Virus record (IMG/VR): IMGVR_UViG_3300031949_000054 | Location: 1 to 51,926 of that record | DNA: 51,926 nucleotides | Source: a virus | Strand: one strand, 5' to 3' | Part shown: one piece after another, positions 8,283 to 17,648 of the stretch | Layout of the letters: every line of letters begins with the position of its first letter | Numbering within the stretch: position 1 is the stretch's first letter | Position numbers and translations under genes: made by a program | The notes under the pieces: generated by a model | Seen by the model: the letters and a program-made list of their open reading frames with translations, nothing else | Databases searched by the model: none | What the model was told of the DNA's origin: nothing

Positions 8283-9323
8283 CTACTTCTTCTGCTGCAC
8301 TTCGAAGCGGTCGCGCGCGGTGATGAGTTCGCGATAGCGGGCTTGGTTCTTCTCGCGCAGGACCGGGTCGTGGGTCTTGCCACCGTGGTAGTCGCTGTTC
8401 TTGTCGCCCATCTGGCTTTCCCACTTCGCGATCTCGTCGCCGATCGCCATGCCGATGTCCCCGGTCGCGCCGGGCACCACGGTGGAGGCCGGGTTGATCT
8501 GGTGGGCTACGCTGTGCAGCCACTCGAGCATGCCCCAGTCGTTCAGCAGCGCGCGATCGTCGGGTCCGCGGGAGCCTTTGAGCTTGGCGGCGATCTCCGG
8601 TGGGGCGCTGTTGATGAGCGCGTTCACCATGTTCTTGTTGCGCTCGTTGTCTTTCCCCCAGTGGGCGACCATGGCCTCGACGGTTTCGATGCGGTGCGCG
8701 TCGTCTTGTTTCACCAGTGCCTCGATCTGCGCCTCGCGGTCGGCGTGGTACCACTTCAGGGCCTCGGTGACGAAGCTCGGGTGCGCGTTGATGCCGTGCA
8801 TCGACGTGAGGAAGCTCTCGACGAACGGCTTGTCGTCTTCCCCGAAGAGCACCCCCTCGGGCATGGGGTAGCCTGCGGGCTCGGCCGGGATCCCGGACTC
8901 GGCACGGTAGGCGGCTAGTTCCTCGGCGGTGGCGTTCTCTTTCAGGGCTGGGCGCAGTTCGCCCGAACTGATGCGGTTCTGCGCGGCGATGAGGGCGTTG
9001 GCGACGTCCCTCGGGGAGGCGTACCGGCCGAGGCGTTTCAGGAGTTTCTCGTCGTTGCCGACCAGCTGCTCGCGCCAGTCCTCGGGCCATGTAGCGGCGC
9101 CGGCGGGCGGTGCCCCTGGTGCGCCCGGTTCGGCGGGGACGGCTGGATCCAGGACGGAGGCTGCGGGGGCGGCCGCCGGCTTGGGTGCTCCTGGTGCCCC
9201 AGGCTGGGCGGCTGGCGCGCCTGGAGGTGCTGCTGCTGGCTTGGCGGGGGCTCCTGGCGTCGGTTGGGCGGCGGCGGGTGCGGCGGGTTGTCGCGGTGCG
9301 GCTGGGGCTGCGGGTGCGGGCAT
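8283..9323 (-). CDS. Scaffolding protein
   Basis: 346-aa ORF between the portal region and the capsid gene. It has a Pro/Ala-rich N-terminal third and a helical, charged C-terminal part. Confidence 0.65.
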   Translation of the reverse strand: MPAPAAPAAPRQPAAPAAAQPTPGAPAKPAAAPPGAPAAQPGAPGAPKPAAAPAASVLDPAVPAEPGAPGAPPAGAATWPEDWREQLVGNDEKLLKRLGRYASPRDVANALIAAQNRISSGELRPALKENATAEELAAYRAESGIPAEPAGYPMPEGVLFGEDDKPFVESFLTSMHGINAHPSFVTEALKWYHADREAQIEALVKQDDAHRIETVEAMVAHWGKDNERNKNMVNALINSAPPEIAAKLKGSRGPDDRALLNDWGMLEWLHSVAHQINPASTVVPGATGDIGMAIGDEIAKWESQMGDKNSDYHGGKTHDPVLREKNQARYRELITARDRFEVQQKK

Positions 9324-9330
9324 GGTCGTC

Positions 9331-9675
9331 TTACCTCTTTCTGAAGGCTTCTACATTCAACTTCGACAGTTTCACCATCTGCTGGCCGACGAACCGTCGC
9401 CCCTCGGCGAAGTCGGTGTCGCGTCGGCCTGCCTCGCCTGGCCGGAAGGACAGGTCGTAGAGGTTGCAGGCGCCGTCGAGGATCCACTTCACGGCGGTGC
9501 GCTGCTGGTCGGGGTTCGCGTTCCCGGAAAAGAGCGCCTGGATCGCGGTGGCTTCATGGTTCTCCCATGGGGCTGGGTGCCAAGCCTCGCGCGGCTTTTC
9601 TGCGGGCACCGCGCGCGGGCGCGGCTGTTCGCTCGGCGGCTTGGCGCTGCGCGATTTAATCGGCTGCTCGCTCAC
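9331..9675 (-). CDS. Hypothetical protein
   Basis: 114-aa ORF. It overlaps the portal stop by 4 nt. Confidence 0.6.
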   Translation of the reverse strand: MSEQPIKSRSAKPPSEQPRPRAVPAEKPREAWHPAPWENHEATAIQALFSGNANPDQQRTAVKWILDGACNLYDLSFRPGEAGRRDTDFAEGRRFVGQQMVKLSKLNVEAFRKR

Positions 9676-11321
9676 TGAACCATGGCCGGTTGGATACCTG
9701 CGGTATTCTTCTGCGACTCGCTGATGGTCTTGGCGACGTCCGCCCCGCCCTGGGCGGCAGCGAGGAACTGCGCGGTCTGCTCGGCGTCGGCCTTCGCTTG
9801 CGCGCGCGCGCGCACCTCGGCCTCACCGCGGGTCCACGCGGCCGGCACGCCAATCCCGGTCAGCGCATCGCGCAGCGCGGTGATCGAGTCGGGGAGGTCG
9901 ATCGCCGCTGGGTCGAGGGCCACGGCTTCGGCGGTGAGTTGCTTCATGTGCAGGAAGAGCGTGGACTTCATCTGGTCGATCGAGTCGTGCAGGGGCGACT
10001 TGAACTTGAACTGGATCTGCTTGCTCTCGATCGCCATCCGGAGCTTGCGCGGCATCACGAGCGTGGGTCCGAACGCGCCACCGCGCAGGAGGCGCCCGAA
10101 GGTCATCTCGCAAATCGAGGCGTTTCTCTCCGCTTCCATGGGCTCGAAGAGCGGCAGGGCCTTCCTGATGTAGTCCTGCACGATCTGGCCGGCCTGGAAG
10201 GCTGTCATCTGCGGGTCGGTCGAGGGGTTGAACGGGCGCAGCGCGTTCAGGTAGAAGGCGTCGGCGATGATCCGCTGGCAGCGGTCCTGCTGCTTTTCCC
10301 CGAGCGGGATGCCGCTTTTATCGTGGACCATGACCTGCATGTGGTCCTGGATCCGGGAGTCGCCGTCGAAGTCCGCCCAGGTCAAGCCGCCCGCGTACAT
10401 GGCGACGTCGGAGCGGAAGATGTTCTGGTCAAGGGCCCAGGGCGGGTTGGTCGCCTTTTCGCTCGCCTCGAGGAGGGTGTAGGTCATTGCCTGCAGGAGA
10501 CGCGCCTCGGGGAGGGCGGCCACGGTGGCCGGGGAGAAGGCGTACTGCGAGCCCGATACCGTTACCCAGCGCTCGATCGAGTAAATCAGGTCCCAGCTCC
10601 CCTCGGCCTCGAGCACGGTTTCATTGTCGATGTCGTAGTAGACCGAGGTGTACGGGGTGGTCACCTTCTTGTCGTAGAGGTCCGCCTCCACCACCATGTG
10701 CATGCAGTTGATCTCTTTGAACGGGTCGGCCTTTTCGTCGTCGGCGGTCTTCAGGGCCACGGTCTTGGGGAAGAGGCGCCGCAGTTCGCGCACGCCGGGC
10801 TTCCAGCGCCGGAAGACGGTGGCGATCGCCCCGTCCTCGTTCTCGGTCCAGGCGAGGTCCCGGAGGTGCCAGCAGTTGTACTGCAGGCCGTTCGCGTAGC
10901 GGTTGTTCTGGCAGGAGATGACGTCCTGGCCGAAGGCGGCGTAGTCGTGGTCGCCCTGCTTTTCGGCCTTGTTGAACATCGCGACCCGGTCGTACATGGC
11001 GCGGCGCATCACGGTCGTTTTCCATTCGAGCCATTGGCGGACCTCGTTGTCCATCAGCCGCTCGTCGATCGTGGTCATGTGGAACCAGGGTTTCTCGGTG
11101 GGGCGCAGCATCTGGCCGATCTGGTCGCCCAACTCCCGGCGCACGAGGAGCGGGTAGCTCGTCATCAGGTTCGCCGCGAAGTCGGTCCCCAGGGAGCGCT
11201 GGAAGGTGAAGTCGGCGCGCTCGGGATAGAAGTTCATCGCGATCTCCTGCTGCAGGGAGACGAGCGGTTGTTTCTTCGTGAAGGTGCGCTCGGCGAGGTC
11301 GTAGAGTTTTTTCGCGTCCAT
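9672..11321 (-). CDS. Portal (head-tail connector) protein
   Basis: 549-aa ORF downstream of TerL and upstream of the scaffold gene. Its size and N-terminus (MDAKKLYDLAERTFTKKQPLVSLQQEIAMNFYPERADF) are typical of podoviral portals. Confidence 0.8.
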   Translation of the reverse strand: MDAKKLYDLAERTFTKKQPLVSLQQEIAMNFYPERADFTFQRSLGTDFAANLMTSYPLLVRRELGDQIGQMLRPTEKPWFHMTTIDERLMDNEVRQWLEWKTTVMRRAMYDRVAMFNKAEKQGDHDYAAFGQDVISCQNNRYANGLQYNCWHLRDLAWTENEDGAIATVFRRWKPGVRELRRLFPKTVALKTADDEKADPFKEINCMHMVVEADLYDKKVTTPYTSVYYDIDNETVLEAEGSWDLIYSIERWVTVSGSQYAFSPATVAALPEARLLQAMTYTLLEASEKATNPPWALDQNIFRSDVAMYAGGLTWADFDGDSRIQDHMQVMVHDKSGIPLGEKQQDRCQRIIADAFYLNALRPFNPSTDPQMTAFQAGQIVQDYIRKALPLFEPMEAERNASICEMTFGRLLRGGAFGPTLVMPRKLRMAIESKQIQFKFKSPLHDSIDQMKSTLFLHMKQLTAEAVALDPAAIDLPDSITALRDALTGIGVPAAWTRGEAEVRARAQAKADAEQTAQFLAAAQGGADVAKTISESQKNTAGIQPAMVQ

Positions 11322-11324
11322 CGT

Positions 11325-11495
11325 TCACCCTCCGATGAGGGGGGCGACTATCTGCAGGCCGATCGCGTACCCGGTCACCAAACCAAAAAGCGCGCAGAGC
11401 AGGTAGTACGTGACGAGCTCGAAGGTGAGCTCGACCTCCTCCAGGTTGACCCAGAGGCTGAACTTCTCCCAGGTGGTGGGCTGATAGACCTTCAT
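11325..11495 (-). CDS. Small membrane protein (56 aa)
   Basis: Below the ORF-track size cutoff. ATG at 11495 forms an ATGA overlap with the stop of 11492..11830. Translation: MKVYQPTTWEKFSLWVNLEEVELTFELVTYYLLCALFGLVTGYAIGLQIVAPLIGG. Confidence 0.4.
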   Translation of the reverse strand: MKVYQPTTWEKFSLWVNLEEVELTFELVTYYLLCALFGLVTGYAIGLQIVAPLIGG

Positions 11496-11830
11496 GCGCC
11501 GAGCGGTTCGGATTGCGCCTGCGAGAGGATGGTCGACATGCGGCCGCGGCGCAGGGCCTGCGCTTGGATCGAGCGCCGGCGAGCGGCGATGCTCGCCTGG
11601 CTGGTGGGGCTGGGGTCGGGCATCGGGATCGGCGTAGGCAAAACGGGGTCGAACTCTGGGTCGCCGCGGTTTGGCAGGCCGGCGATGTCAGCGCTCCCCT
11701 CGATGGTCGCGGCGATCGGGTCTTGGTACTTCTTGCCTTTCCTGCGGAGCTGGTAGAGGTCCTCGGTGACCGGGCTGATCTCTCTTAGTCTGCGGATGTT
11801 GTCGGAGTGCTTGCGCGTTACGGCTGCCAT
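11492..11830 (-). CDS. Hypothetical protein
   Basis: 112-aa ORF between TerL and the portal gene. Confidence 0.55.
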   Translation of the reverse strand: MAAVTRKHSDNIRRLREISPVTEDLYQLRRKGKKYQDPIAATIEGSADIAGLPNRGDPEFDPVLPTPIPMPDPSPTSQASIAARRRSIQAQALRRGRMSTILSQAQSEPLGA

Positions 11831-11834
11831 GGTA

Positions 11835-13481
11835 TTACCTCTTGGCTCCGGTGAGCGGCGTTCTGCCGCCCATCACCGCCCGTGGCAATCTTCCGAGGGG
11901 CCGGCGGCGCGCGTTTGCTTCGCGCTGGGCGGCCCATGCCATGGCGTCCGTGATCTCTTTCGGTCCTGCCCACCACGCCATGATAACAGCGTCGGCTTCA
12001 TCTGGTGAGAATCCCAGGCGTTCGACCACGCCTTTCTTCCCGGACTCGCGTTTGGACTTCGCCTCGACTTGGATCCCGCGTGGGGTGACTTCGAAGGTCG
12101 GGGCGCACAGGCCGGCGAGGAGCCGCGGGTCCGGGGGCAGCGCGATCGGGCTCCCGCCGGGTTGGCCTGGATCCAGCGCCTCGCGAAACGCCCAGTACGC
12201 GGCGCTGCGGACGTTGGTGAAAGAGAGCTTTCGGTCGGCGGTGCGCTTGGTCGTCGCCTCGGCGCCCTTGTAGGCGGTGCACTCGACGCGGTTATTCATC
12301 AGGTGCTCGTACATCGGGGCGCCGAACCCGCCGCCCATGTCGATGATCACCATCGCGTCGTCGCGTCGGTTGGCGACGACGAGCGCGGCCGCGTAGGCGC
12401 CGGGTTTGTCCTTGGGGATCTGGTCCCCGGGCGTCTTCACGAGGGGCGCGTACCAGCCGTCGTAGCGGATCGCCTGCACCATCGGGTCCTGGCCGCCGCC
12501 GGAGGCGTCCGCGCCGATCGCGCACATCGGGACGTCCTTCGGGGGCTTGGGCTGCCAGCGCGCTTGGGCCAAGCGCACCCATTCGGTCGGGATGACGAGG
12601 TTCTCCGCGTCGTGCATGCCGACCTTCCAGTTGCCGTACAGGAGCTGGGAGCGCAGCGGCTCGGGCAGCGACTGCAGCGTGGCGCGGTACTCCGGGGTGT
12701 TCCGGTAGGGGTTGTCCTCGAGGCTGGCTGGGATGAACGTGTAGGACTTCGCGGTGTAGGCCTCGCCGTCGATCTTGTATTCCCCTGGGCCTTCGACCCA
12801 GATCGTCTTCCCGGAGCCTGCTGGGCCTGCGTACACGGCCCACAGAAGCTTCCCCGGCTCGGTGGGGAAGAGCGGGTGGTGGTCATCGAGCCACGGGGCG
12901 AACCACTCCACGAGCCACAGGCCCTCGGCTGTGCGCGGGGGGTTGGAGCCGATCACGATCCGCGTGCGCCGGCCGGGCTCCGCGCGCAGCCACGCCTTGA
13001 TCGAGGCGACCTGGACCTCGAGGAATTCACCACCCTCGTCAAAGCCGATAAAGTCGCGCTCGCGGCCGGCGTGGCCGATCCAGCTGTCGGCCTGCGGCAT
13101 GCCCCCGAGTTTCAGGGTCTTGCCGTTCTTCCAGGTCCACTCATGGTCGGTGCCGTTGAAGCTCGCGCGGGCGCCGATGATCTGCTTGCCGTCGCGCTCC
13201 AGGCCGTCGGTCTGCGTGAGCTCGCGCCGGAAGATGATGCCGGTCTGGGCCTCGTTGATGCCGATCCCCAGGGTGAGGTGGCTTTTCCCGCCACCCGCCT
13301 GGCCGCCGTAGAGGAGGACGTCTGCCTCCGTGAGGTAGGCCTCGGTCTGGGGGCCTGGGTTGGGGACCCAGCGCATGGCATGGGTCGGGCCGCGGCGTAG
13401 GTCCTTTGCAATCTTCGCCCTCTGGGCTGGGGTCATCACGCCCACCCGCTCGATCAGCTCATCGAGGGCGCTTACGGCCAT
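11835..13481 (-). CDS. terL: Terminase large subunit
   Basis: 548-aa ORF. Walker A-like LLYGGQAGGGKSH, acidic IGFDEGGEF motif, and a C-terminal nuclease-like region. Confidence 0.85.
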   Translation of the reverse strand: MAVSALDELIERVGVMTPAQRAKIAKDLRRGPTHAMRWVPNPGPQTEAYLTEADVLLYGGQAGGGKSHLTLGIGINEAQTGIIFRRELTQTDGLERDGKQIIGARASFNGTDHEWTWKNGKTLKLGGMPQADSWIGHAGRERDFIGFDEGGEFLEVQVASIKAWLRAEPGRRTRIVIGSNPPRTAEGLWLVEWFAPWLDDHHPLFPTEPGKLLWAVYAGPAGSGKTIWVEGPGEYKIDGEAYTAKSYTFIPASLEDNPYRNTPEYRATLQSLPEPLRSQLLYGNWKVGMHDAENLVIPTEWVRLAQARWQPKPPKDVPMCAIGADASGGGQDPMVQAIRYDGWYAPLVKTPGDQIPKDKPGAYAAALVVANRRDDAMVIIDMGGGFGAPMYEHLMNNRVECTAYKGAEATTKRTADRKLSFTNVRSAAYWAFREALDPGQPGGSPIALPPDPRLLAGLCAPTFEVTPRGIQVEAKSKRESGKKGVVERLGFSPDEADAVIMAWWAGPKEITDAMAWAAQREANARRRPLGRLPRAVMGGRTPLTGAKR

Positions 13482-14552
13482 CTATCGGCGCTTGCGTATG
13501 CGCAGGCGGCCTTTCTTATCCACTTTGACCGTTGCCCGCTCGAGCGTCTTCCACGATTGAGCTGGTAGCTCTGGGTCTGGATACGGATGCGTCGTGGGCG
13601 GCGCGGTTGGGATGGGCCCCTGGCCTGGTCCTGGCGGTGGATCGATCGGCACGGAAAGCGGCGGCTGCACGGGCGGGTCGAGCACGAGCGCCGGCGGGAT
13701 GCTCGACTCCTCGAAGCGGTGCAGTGCCGCCTCGATCGCCACGGCGCGGCCGGCGACCATCGCCGAGTGTGCGATCGCCTCGGTGATCTCAAGTCCCGGG
13801 TCGGGATCGGCGGTCCAGGTGTTGAGGATGTAGTCGAGGTTGTCGATCGCGCCCTTGCAGAACTGCAGCTGCTCGTTGTGCATGGCGACCTGCTGCTGGT
13901 GCATGGCCGAGCGGCTCGCGAGCTCGTTTCTGCGGGTGAGCAGCTTGACGTGCCGAGGGTGGTTCTCGATCTTTCCGTAGGGGGTCGGGGGTTGCAGGAG
14001 GTCGGACTCCAGCGGGAGGACGATCTTGATCCCCAGGGCCGCGGCGATGCCGAGGAAGTTCTGGCAGCCGGGGCGTTGGAAGGCGTACTCGGAGTGCGCG
14101 GCCATGTCGACGCCCCACAGGCCGATCGCCCTGGGGCGCAGCTTGATCGCGAGGGCGAGCATGTAGGCCATGCTCGAGGTCCAGAAGTAAGGGCCGAACT
14201 CCGCCTCCATCTCGGCGAAGGGGTAGACCACGGAGTTCTTGACGCTCGGCACTCGCTCGGACATGTAGACCGGGCCTTCGTGCAGCTCGAGGAAGCGCAC
14301 GTACTCGGGGCTGAACCAGGGCTTGTTGGCGGCGTTGCGCGGGTCCCCGGGTGCGGCGGGCTCCCAGCGGTGGATCTCGAAGAAGACGTCGGAGCGCCCT
14401 GGCGGGATCTCGCCGTACGCGCCGGGTGAGCAGCCCCAGATCGCCCAGGTCGGGTCGGTGTAGGGGGCGAGGCGGACCGAGCTCGGGGCGGACCCGATGA
14501 TCGCGATCTTGTCGAAACCATCGGGCCCGAGCTTCAGCGCGGGTTGCTGCAT
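13482..14552 (-). CDS. Paralog A of a Rossmann-like putative glycosyl/nonulosonate transferase (CstII/GT42- or Maf/DUF115-like; hypothesis) with a coiled-coil and Pro-rich tail
   Basis: 356-aa ORF. KIAIIGSAPSS..WAIWGC..FFEIHRW..WTSSMAYMLALAIKLRPRAIGLWGVDMAAHSEYAF aligns by eye with 25086..25751 and, from memory, with the TSGVYM..AIALGYKEIYLSGIDFY..YAF core of Campylobacter CstII. Confidence 0.5.
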   Translation of the reverse strand: MQQPALKLGPDGFDKIAIIGSAPSSVRLAPYTDPTWAIWGCSPGAYGEIPPGRSDVFFEIHRWEPAAPGDPRNAANKPWFSPEYVRFLELHEGPVYMSERVPSVKNSVVYPFAEMEAEFGPYFWTSSMAYMLALAIKLRPRAIGLWGVDMAAHSEYAFQRPGCQNFLGIAAALGIKIVLPLESDLLQPPTPYGKIENHPRHVKLLTRRNELASRSAMHQQQVAMHNEQLQFCKGAIDNLDYILNTWTADPDPGLEITEAIAHSAMVAGRAVAIEAALHRFEESSIPPALVLDPPVQPPLSVPIDPPPGPGQGPIPTAPPTTHPYPDPELPAQSWKTLERATVKVDKKGRLRIRKRR

Positions 14553-14601
14553 GGTGGAACCTCTCTTTCTTCTCTTGCGCGGTTCTCGCGCGGTTGGTGG
14601 A

Positions 14602-15075
14602 TCAGGTCGTCGCGGCGGGCGTGATGGTTGTGCTGCCGTTCAGGTACAGGCCCCACATCGCGGTGGTGAGTCCGATCAGCTGGATCACCGCCCCGGTCAG
14701 GGTCGAGCGGATCACGGTCGCGATGGTGCTGTCCGCGCTCGTCCTGAAGGTCTCTGCGTTCTTCGTCTTCAGGTACTGCGGGGTGTTCGCCGAGGAGAAC
14801 ACGATCGTCTTTTGCACGCCCGGGATCGGGGGCTCGATGATGTATACGCTCGAGGAGCCGGCGGAGGTGCCATTCAGGATGGACACGCCCCAGGCCGGGA
14901 CGTCGGTGCCGGTCGACTCGCCGGTGGTCACGCCCATTCGCAATCCTTCGGGGCCGGCGAGGAGGTCCGCGCCCTTGCTCACGGCGGTGGCGGCGCCGTG
15001 CTGGCCGCTTGAGAGCGGGATCAGGCCGAAGCGGCGCCCGTAGATGCCTGTCAGGATCTGGCTGTTGTAGGACAT
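14602..15075 (-). CDS. Hypothetical Ser/Thr/Gly-rich small protein
   Basis: 157-aa ORF with a GGAGAG ribosome-binding site. Charge-poor, beta-rich composition. Confidence 0.6.
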   Translation of the reverse strand: MSYNSQILTGIYGRRFGLIPLSSGQHGAATAVSKGADLLAGPEGLRMGVTTGESTGTDVPAWGVSILNGTSAGSSSVYIIEPPIPGVQKTIVFSSANTPQYLKTKNAETFRTSADSTIATVIRSTLTGAVIQLIGLTTAMWGLYLNGSTTITPAATT

Positions 15076-15161
15076 GTGGTGCTCTCCTTTACTGGGATGC
15101 TGCGGAGATTCGCGGGCGCTCGCCCGCGGGGGCGATGGCTGCTCTTACGAGCCGTCGCGGT

Positions 15162-15551
15162 TTACTTGCGCCATTGCTCCATGATCACGTAGCCGCTCGT
15201 GAAGGCGGCAAACGAGAAGCCGGTCGAGTCGAGGGGCACCTGGAAGGTCTCTGGGTACGGCCCGATCGGGATGTTCACTCCGGAGCTCGCGTGGCTCGTG
15301 CCGCTCGCGGGGACCGCGGCGCTCGTGGACTTCATGTTGGCGCTGAAGAGGTACGTTCCGCCGGCGGTGGTCATCCCGCGCAAGCGCACGATGTGGGCGC
15401 CGGCTGCGCCCGCGTTCGCCATCGCGGTGGATCCTGTGGAGAGCCAATCGGAGGCCTGGGCGCTGGAGCCTCCGGTCATCAGGAACGTGGTGACCTGGTC
15501 CGGGACGAGCGGGTTGCCCTCGGTGGGGTGAAGGGTGCCGAATCGGTTCAT
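15162..15551 (-). CDS. Hypothetical Ser/Thr/Gly/Ala-rich small protein
   Basis: 129-aa ORF with composition similar to 14602..15075. Confidence 0.6.
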   Translation of the reverse strand: MNRFGTLHPTEGNPLVPDQVTTFLMTGGSSAQASDWLSTGSTAMANAGAAGAHIVRLRGMTTAGGTYLFSANMKSTSAAVPASGTSHASSGVNIPIGPYPETFQVPLDSTGFSFAAFTSGYVIMEQWRK

Positions 15552-15706
15552 GCTCGGAGCTCCCTCAGTAGTGCATGGCGGTGTGCTGCGGCGCCGGGGG
15601 GCGTTTGCGGTTCATCCTGGGTTTCTTGCGGACCTTCATGCGCGGGGAGTGTAGGCGCTTCGCAAGCGCCGCACAAGTGGCGCCGGGCGCGAAGCTCGGA
15701 AACCCA

Positions 15707-16216
15707 TCAGTCGAGCGCGGTCTTCTTCGGCTTGGGGTGGGACTGCCGGCCGGCGAGCACCAGCGTGAAGGCGATGCGGCGCGCGATGTCCTTCACGTCC
15801 TGGACCTCGCCGTCCTCACCGACAACGTCCCCGGGCAGCTGCAGCTCGGCGGTTTCCTTCATCCCCAGACGCACCTTCGCCCAGAAGATCGCCGCCGCGG
15901 CGCTCGTGGCGGTGAGGCGCAGGAGGTTGCCGCCCGCCTGGATGTTCGCCTTCAGGATCCCGGTGTCGAGCTCGCGGCGGAAGTACTTTCGGAGCGTGAC
16001 CGGGGAGATCGGCCGGTGCGTCTTGGGGTTAAGGATGATGAGGACCTGTCTGTCCTCGGGGATCCCCAGGCCCGCCATCGCGGTCACCATGTTCGACTGC
16101 TCGGTGGAGGGCTTGAAGCCTCCGCCCGGTGGTCGCCCGGCGCGGCGCTTACCGTTTATCTTTGCTTGCGGTGCGGCGCTTGGCGATGACGTCGAAGCTC
16201 GCTTTTTCCTTGGCAT
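15707..16216 (-). CDS. Putative terminase small subunit
   Basis: 169-aa ORF. It has a basic N-terminus with AGRPPGG, an HTH-like MAGLGIPEDRQ..SPVTLRKYFRREL, and ..AAAAIFWAKVRLGMKE, all typical of small terminases. Confidence 0.55.
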   Translation of the reverse strand: MPRKKRASTSSPSAAPQAKINGKRRAGRPPGGGFKPSTEQSNMVTAMAGLGIPEDRQVLIILNPKTHRPISPVTLRKYFRRELDTGILKANIQAGGNLLRLTATSAAAAIFWAKVRLGMKETAELQLPGDVVGEDGEVQDVKDIARRIAFTLVLAGRQSHPKPKKTALD

Positions 16217-17642
16217 GGGTGGCGGTGCCCTTGGTGGCGTCCTGCCAGCGGCGCACGATCACGTCGGCGTACAGGGGGTCCAACTCGATCGCGTAGCAGG
16301 CGCGCCCGAGCTGTTCGGCCGCCATCAGGGTACTCCCGGAGCCGGCGAAGATGTCGAGTACGATCTCGCCCTCGAGGCTTGAGTTGGCGATCGCGCGGCG
16401 CGCAAGCTCAACAGGTTTCTGGTTGGGATGCAGGGTATTGTCCTTCCCGTAGCCGTTGTCGCGGCTCACCTCCCACAGGTCCTGGGCGCCGCCGCCGGCC
16501 TCGAGCAGAAGCGCTTGGTCTGGGGCCAGGTGTACGTGCCGGATCTTGCGGCCTTTGGGCTGGGTGCTGGTTACGTGGATCTCGCCTTCCTTGGTCGTGA
16601 TCGTCACTCCCGCGCCGATCGTCGTACGAAGGCCTGCGGCGGGGCCATGGGCGCTTACCCGCCACACGGTGGACTGATCCCTCCCTCCGTGCCAGGCGGC
16701 GCGCACGCCTTGCCTGGCAGCGTAGAAGCAGGGCTCATGGGCCCATCGGTAGTCGGCCCACCCCAGCACGATCTGGGGTTTCGCCCAGATGATGTAGGAG
16801 AGCTCCACTAAGCCGGTGTCGCGGAGGGCGGCGCTGTAGTCGTCCCGCGTTGCGCTCGCATGCCACACGTACCAGCCGGCGTCATCGGTGGTGTGCGGGA
16901 GCGCGGCGGCGAAGGCTTTCCGGAGGAGGTCCGCGAGTTGGCCGCGGCGCAGGTCGTCGCCCCGTATCATCTCGAAGTCCCCGCTCCTTGCGACATAGGA
17001 GACGCCGTAGGGCGGGTCGGTGAACACCATGTTCGCCCGACGTCCTAACGTCAGTGCCTCGAGCACGGTCTTCTTGGTTGCGTCCCCGTAGATCAGGCGG
17101 TGCGCGCCCATCAGCCAGATGTCCCCGGGCTGGGAGATCGCCTTTCGCTGCAGCGCTGGGGTTGCGGGCTCCTCCGGGTCCTGGGTCCGGGGTTCCAGGG
17201 CAAAGGCGATCTCGGGGAGGTTAAAGCCGGTCAGCTCGAGATCGAACCCCATGTCCTTCAGGGCCGAGAACTCCGCGGCGAGCAGGTCCTGGTCCCATCC
17301 GGCGTCTTCTGCTGCTCGGTTGTCGGCGAGCAGGTAGGCGCGCTTCTGGGCCGTCGAGAGGCCTGTGAGCTCGATCACGGGTACGCGCTGCATCCCGAGT
17401 TGCTTCGCCGCCTGGAGCCTGCCGTGGCCCGCCAGGATGCCGTTCTTGCCGTCGACCAGGATCGGGTTGGTCCACCCGTGCGCGCGGATCAGTTTGACGA
17501 GCTTGTCGATCTGCGCCGGGGTGTGAGTCCTGGGGTTCTTTGGGTCGGGCTTCAGGTTGCCGACATAGCGGTACTCGATCTTCAGCTGGCCGCCGTGGGC
17601 CTGCTTTTTTATAGCCGACACGTAACCGCCTCCCTGAACCAC
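16149..17642 (-). CDS. ParB-like nuclease domain fused to a beta-class DNA (N6-adenine/N4-cytosine) methyltransferase
   Basis: 497-aa ORF. ParB N-terminal motif (NPRTHTPAQIDKLVKLIRAHGWTNPILVD..GHGRLQAA), motif IV FTDPPYG, and C-terminal motif I LDIFAGSGST. Confidence 0.85.
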   Translation of the reverse strand: MVQGGGYVSAIKKQAHGGQLKIEYRYVGNLKPDPKNPRTHTPAQIDKLVKLIRAHGWTNPILVDGKNGILAGHGRLQAAKQLGMQRVPVIELTGLSTAQKRAYLLADNRAAEDAGWDQDLLAAEFSALKDMGFDLELTGFNLPEIAFALEPRTQDPEEPATPALQRKAISQPGDIWLMGAHRLIYGDATKKTVLEALTLGRRANMVFTDPPYGVSYVARSGDFEMIRGDDLRRGQLADLLRKAFAAALPHTTDDAGWYVWHASATRDDYSAALRDTGLVELSYIIWAKPQIVLGWADYRWAHEPCFYAARQGVRAAWHGGRDQSTVWRVSAHGPAAGLRTTIGAGVTITTKEGEIHVTSTQPKGRKIRHVHLAPDQALLLEAGGGAQDLWEVSRDNGYGKDNTLHPNQKPVELARRAIANSSLEGEIVLDIFAGSGSTLMAAEQLGRACYAIELDPLYADVIVRRWQDATKGTATHAKEKASFDVIAKRRTASKDKR

Positions 17643-17648
17643 TCGTCG

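Noticed and set aside
9690-11756. 688-aa plus-strand ORF opposite the portal gene; similar long plus ORFs at 12069..13400, 13587..14429, 15009..16382, 46352..48082 and 50537..51571
   Set aside because: All are Arg/Gly/Leu/Val-rich mirror frames of well-supported minus-strand genes (portal, TerL, ParB-methylase, giant virion protein). None has a ribosome-binding site or a recognisable motif.
15565-15639. 24-codon highly basic micro-ORF (MKVRKKPRMNRKRPPAPQHTAMHY) in the TerS/129-aa gene spacer, next to the hairpin GGCGCTTgcgAAGCGCC
   Set aside because: It has no ribosome-binding site and no overlap coupling. It may be chance, so it is not reported as a feature.
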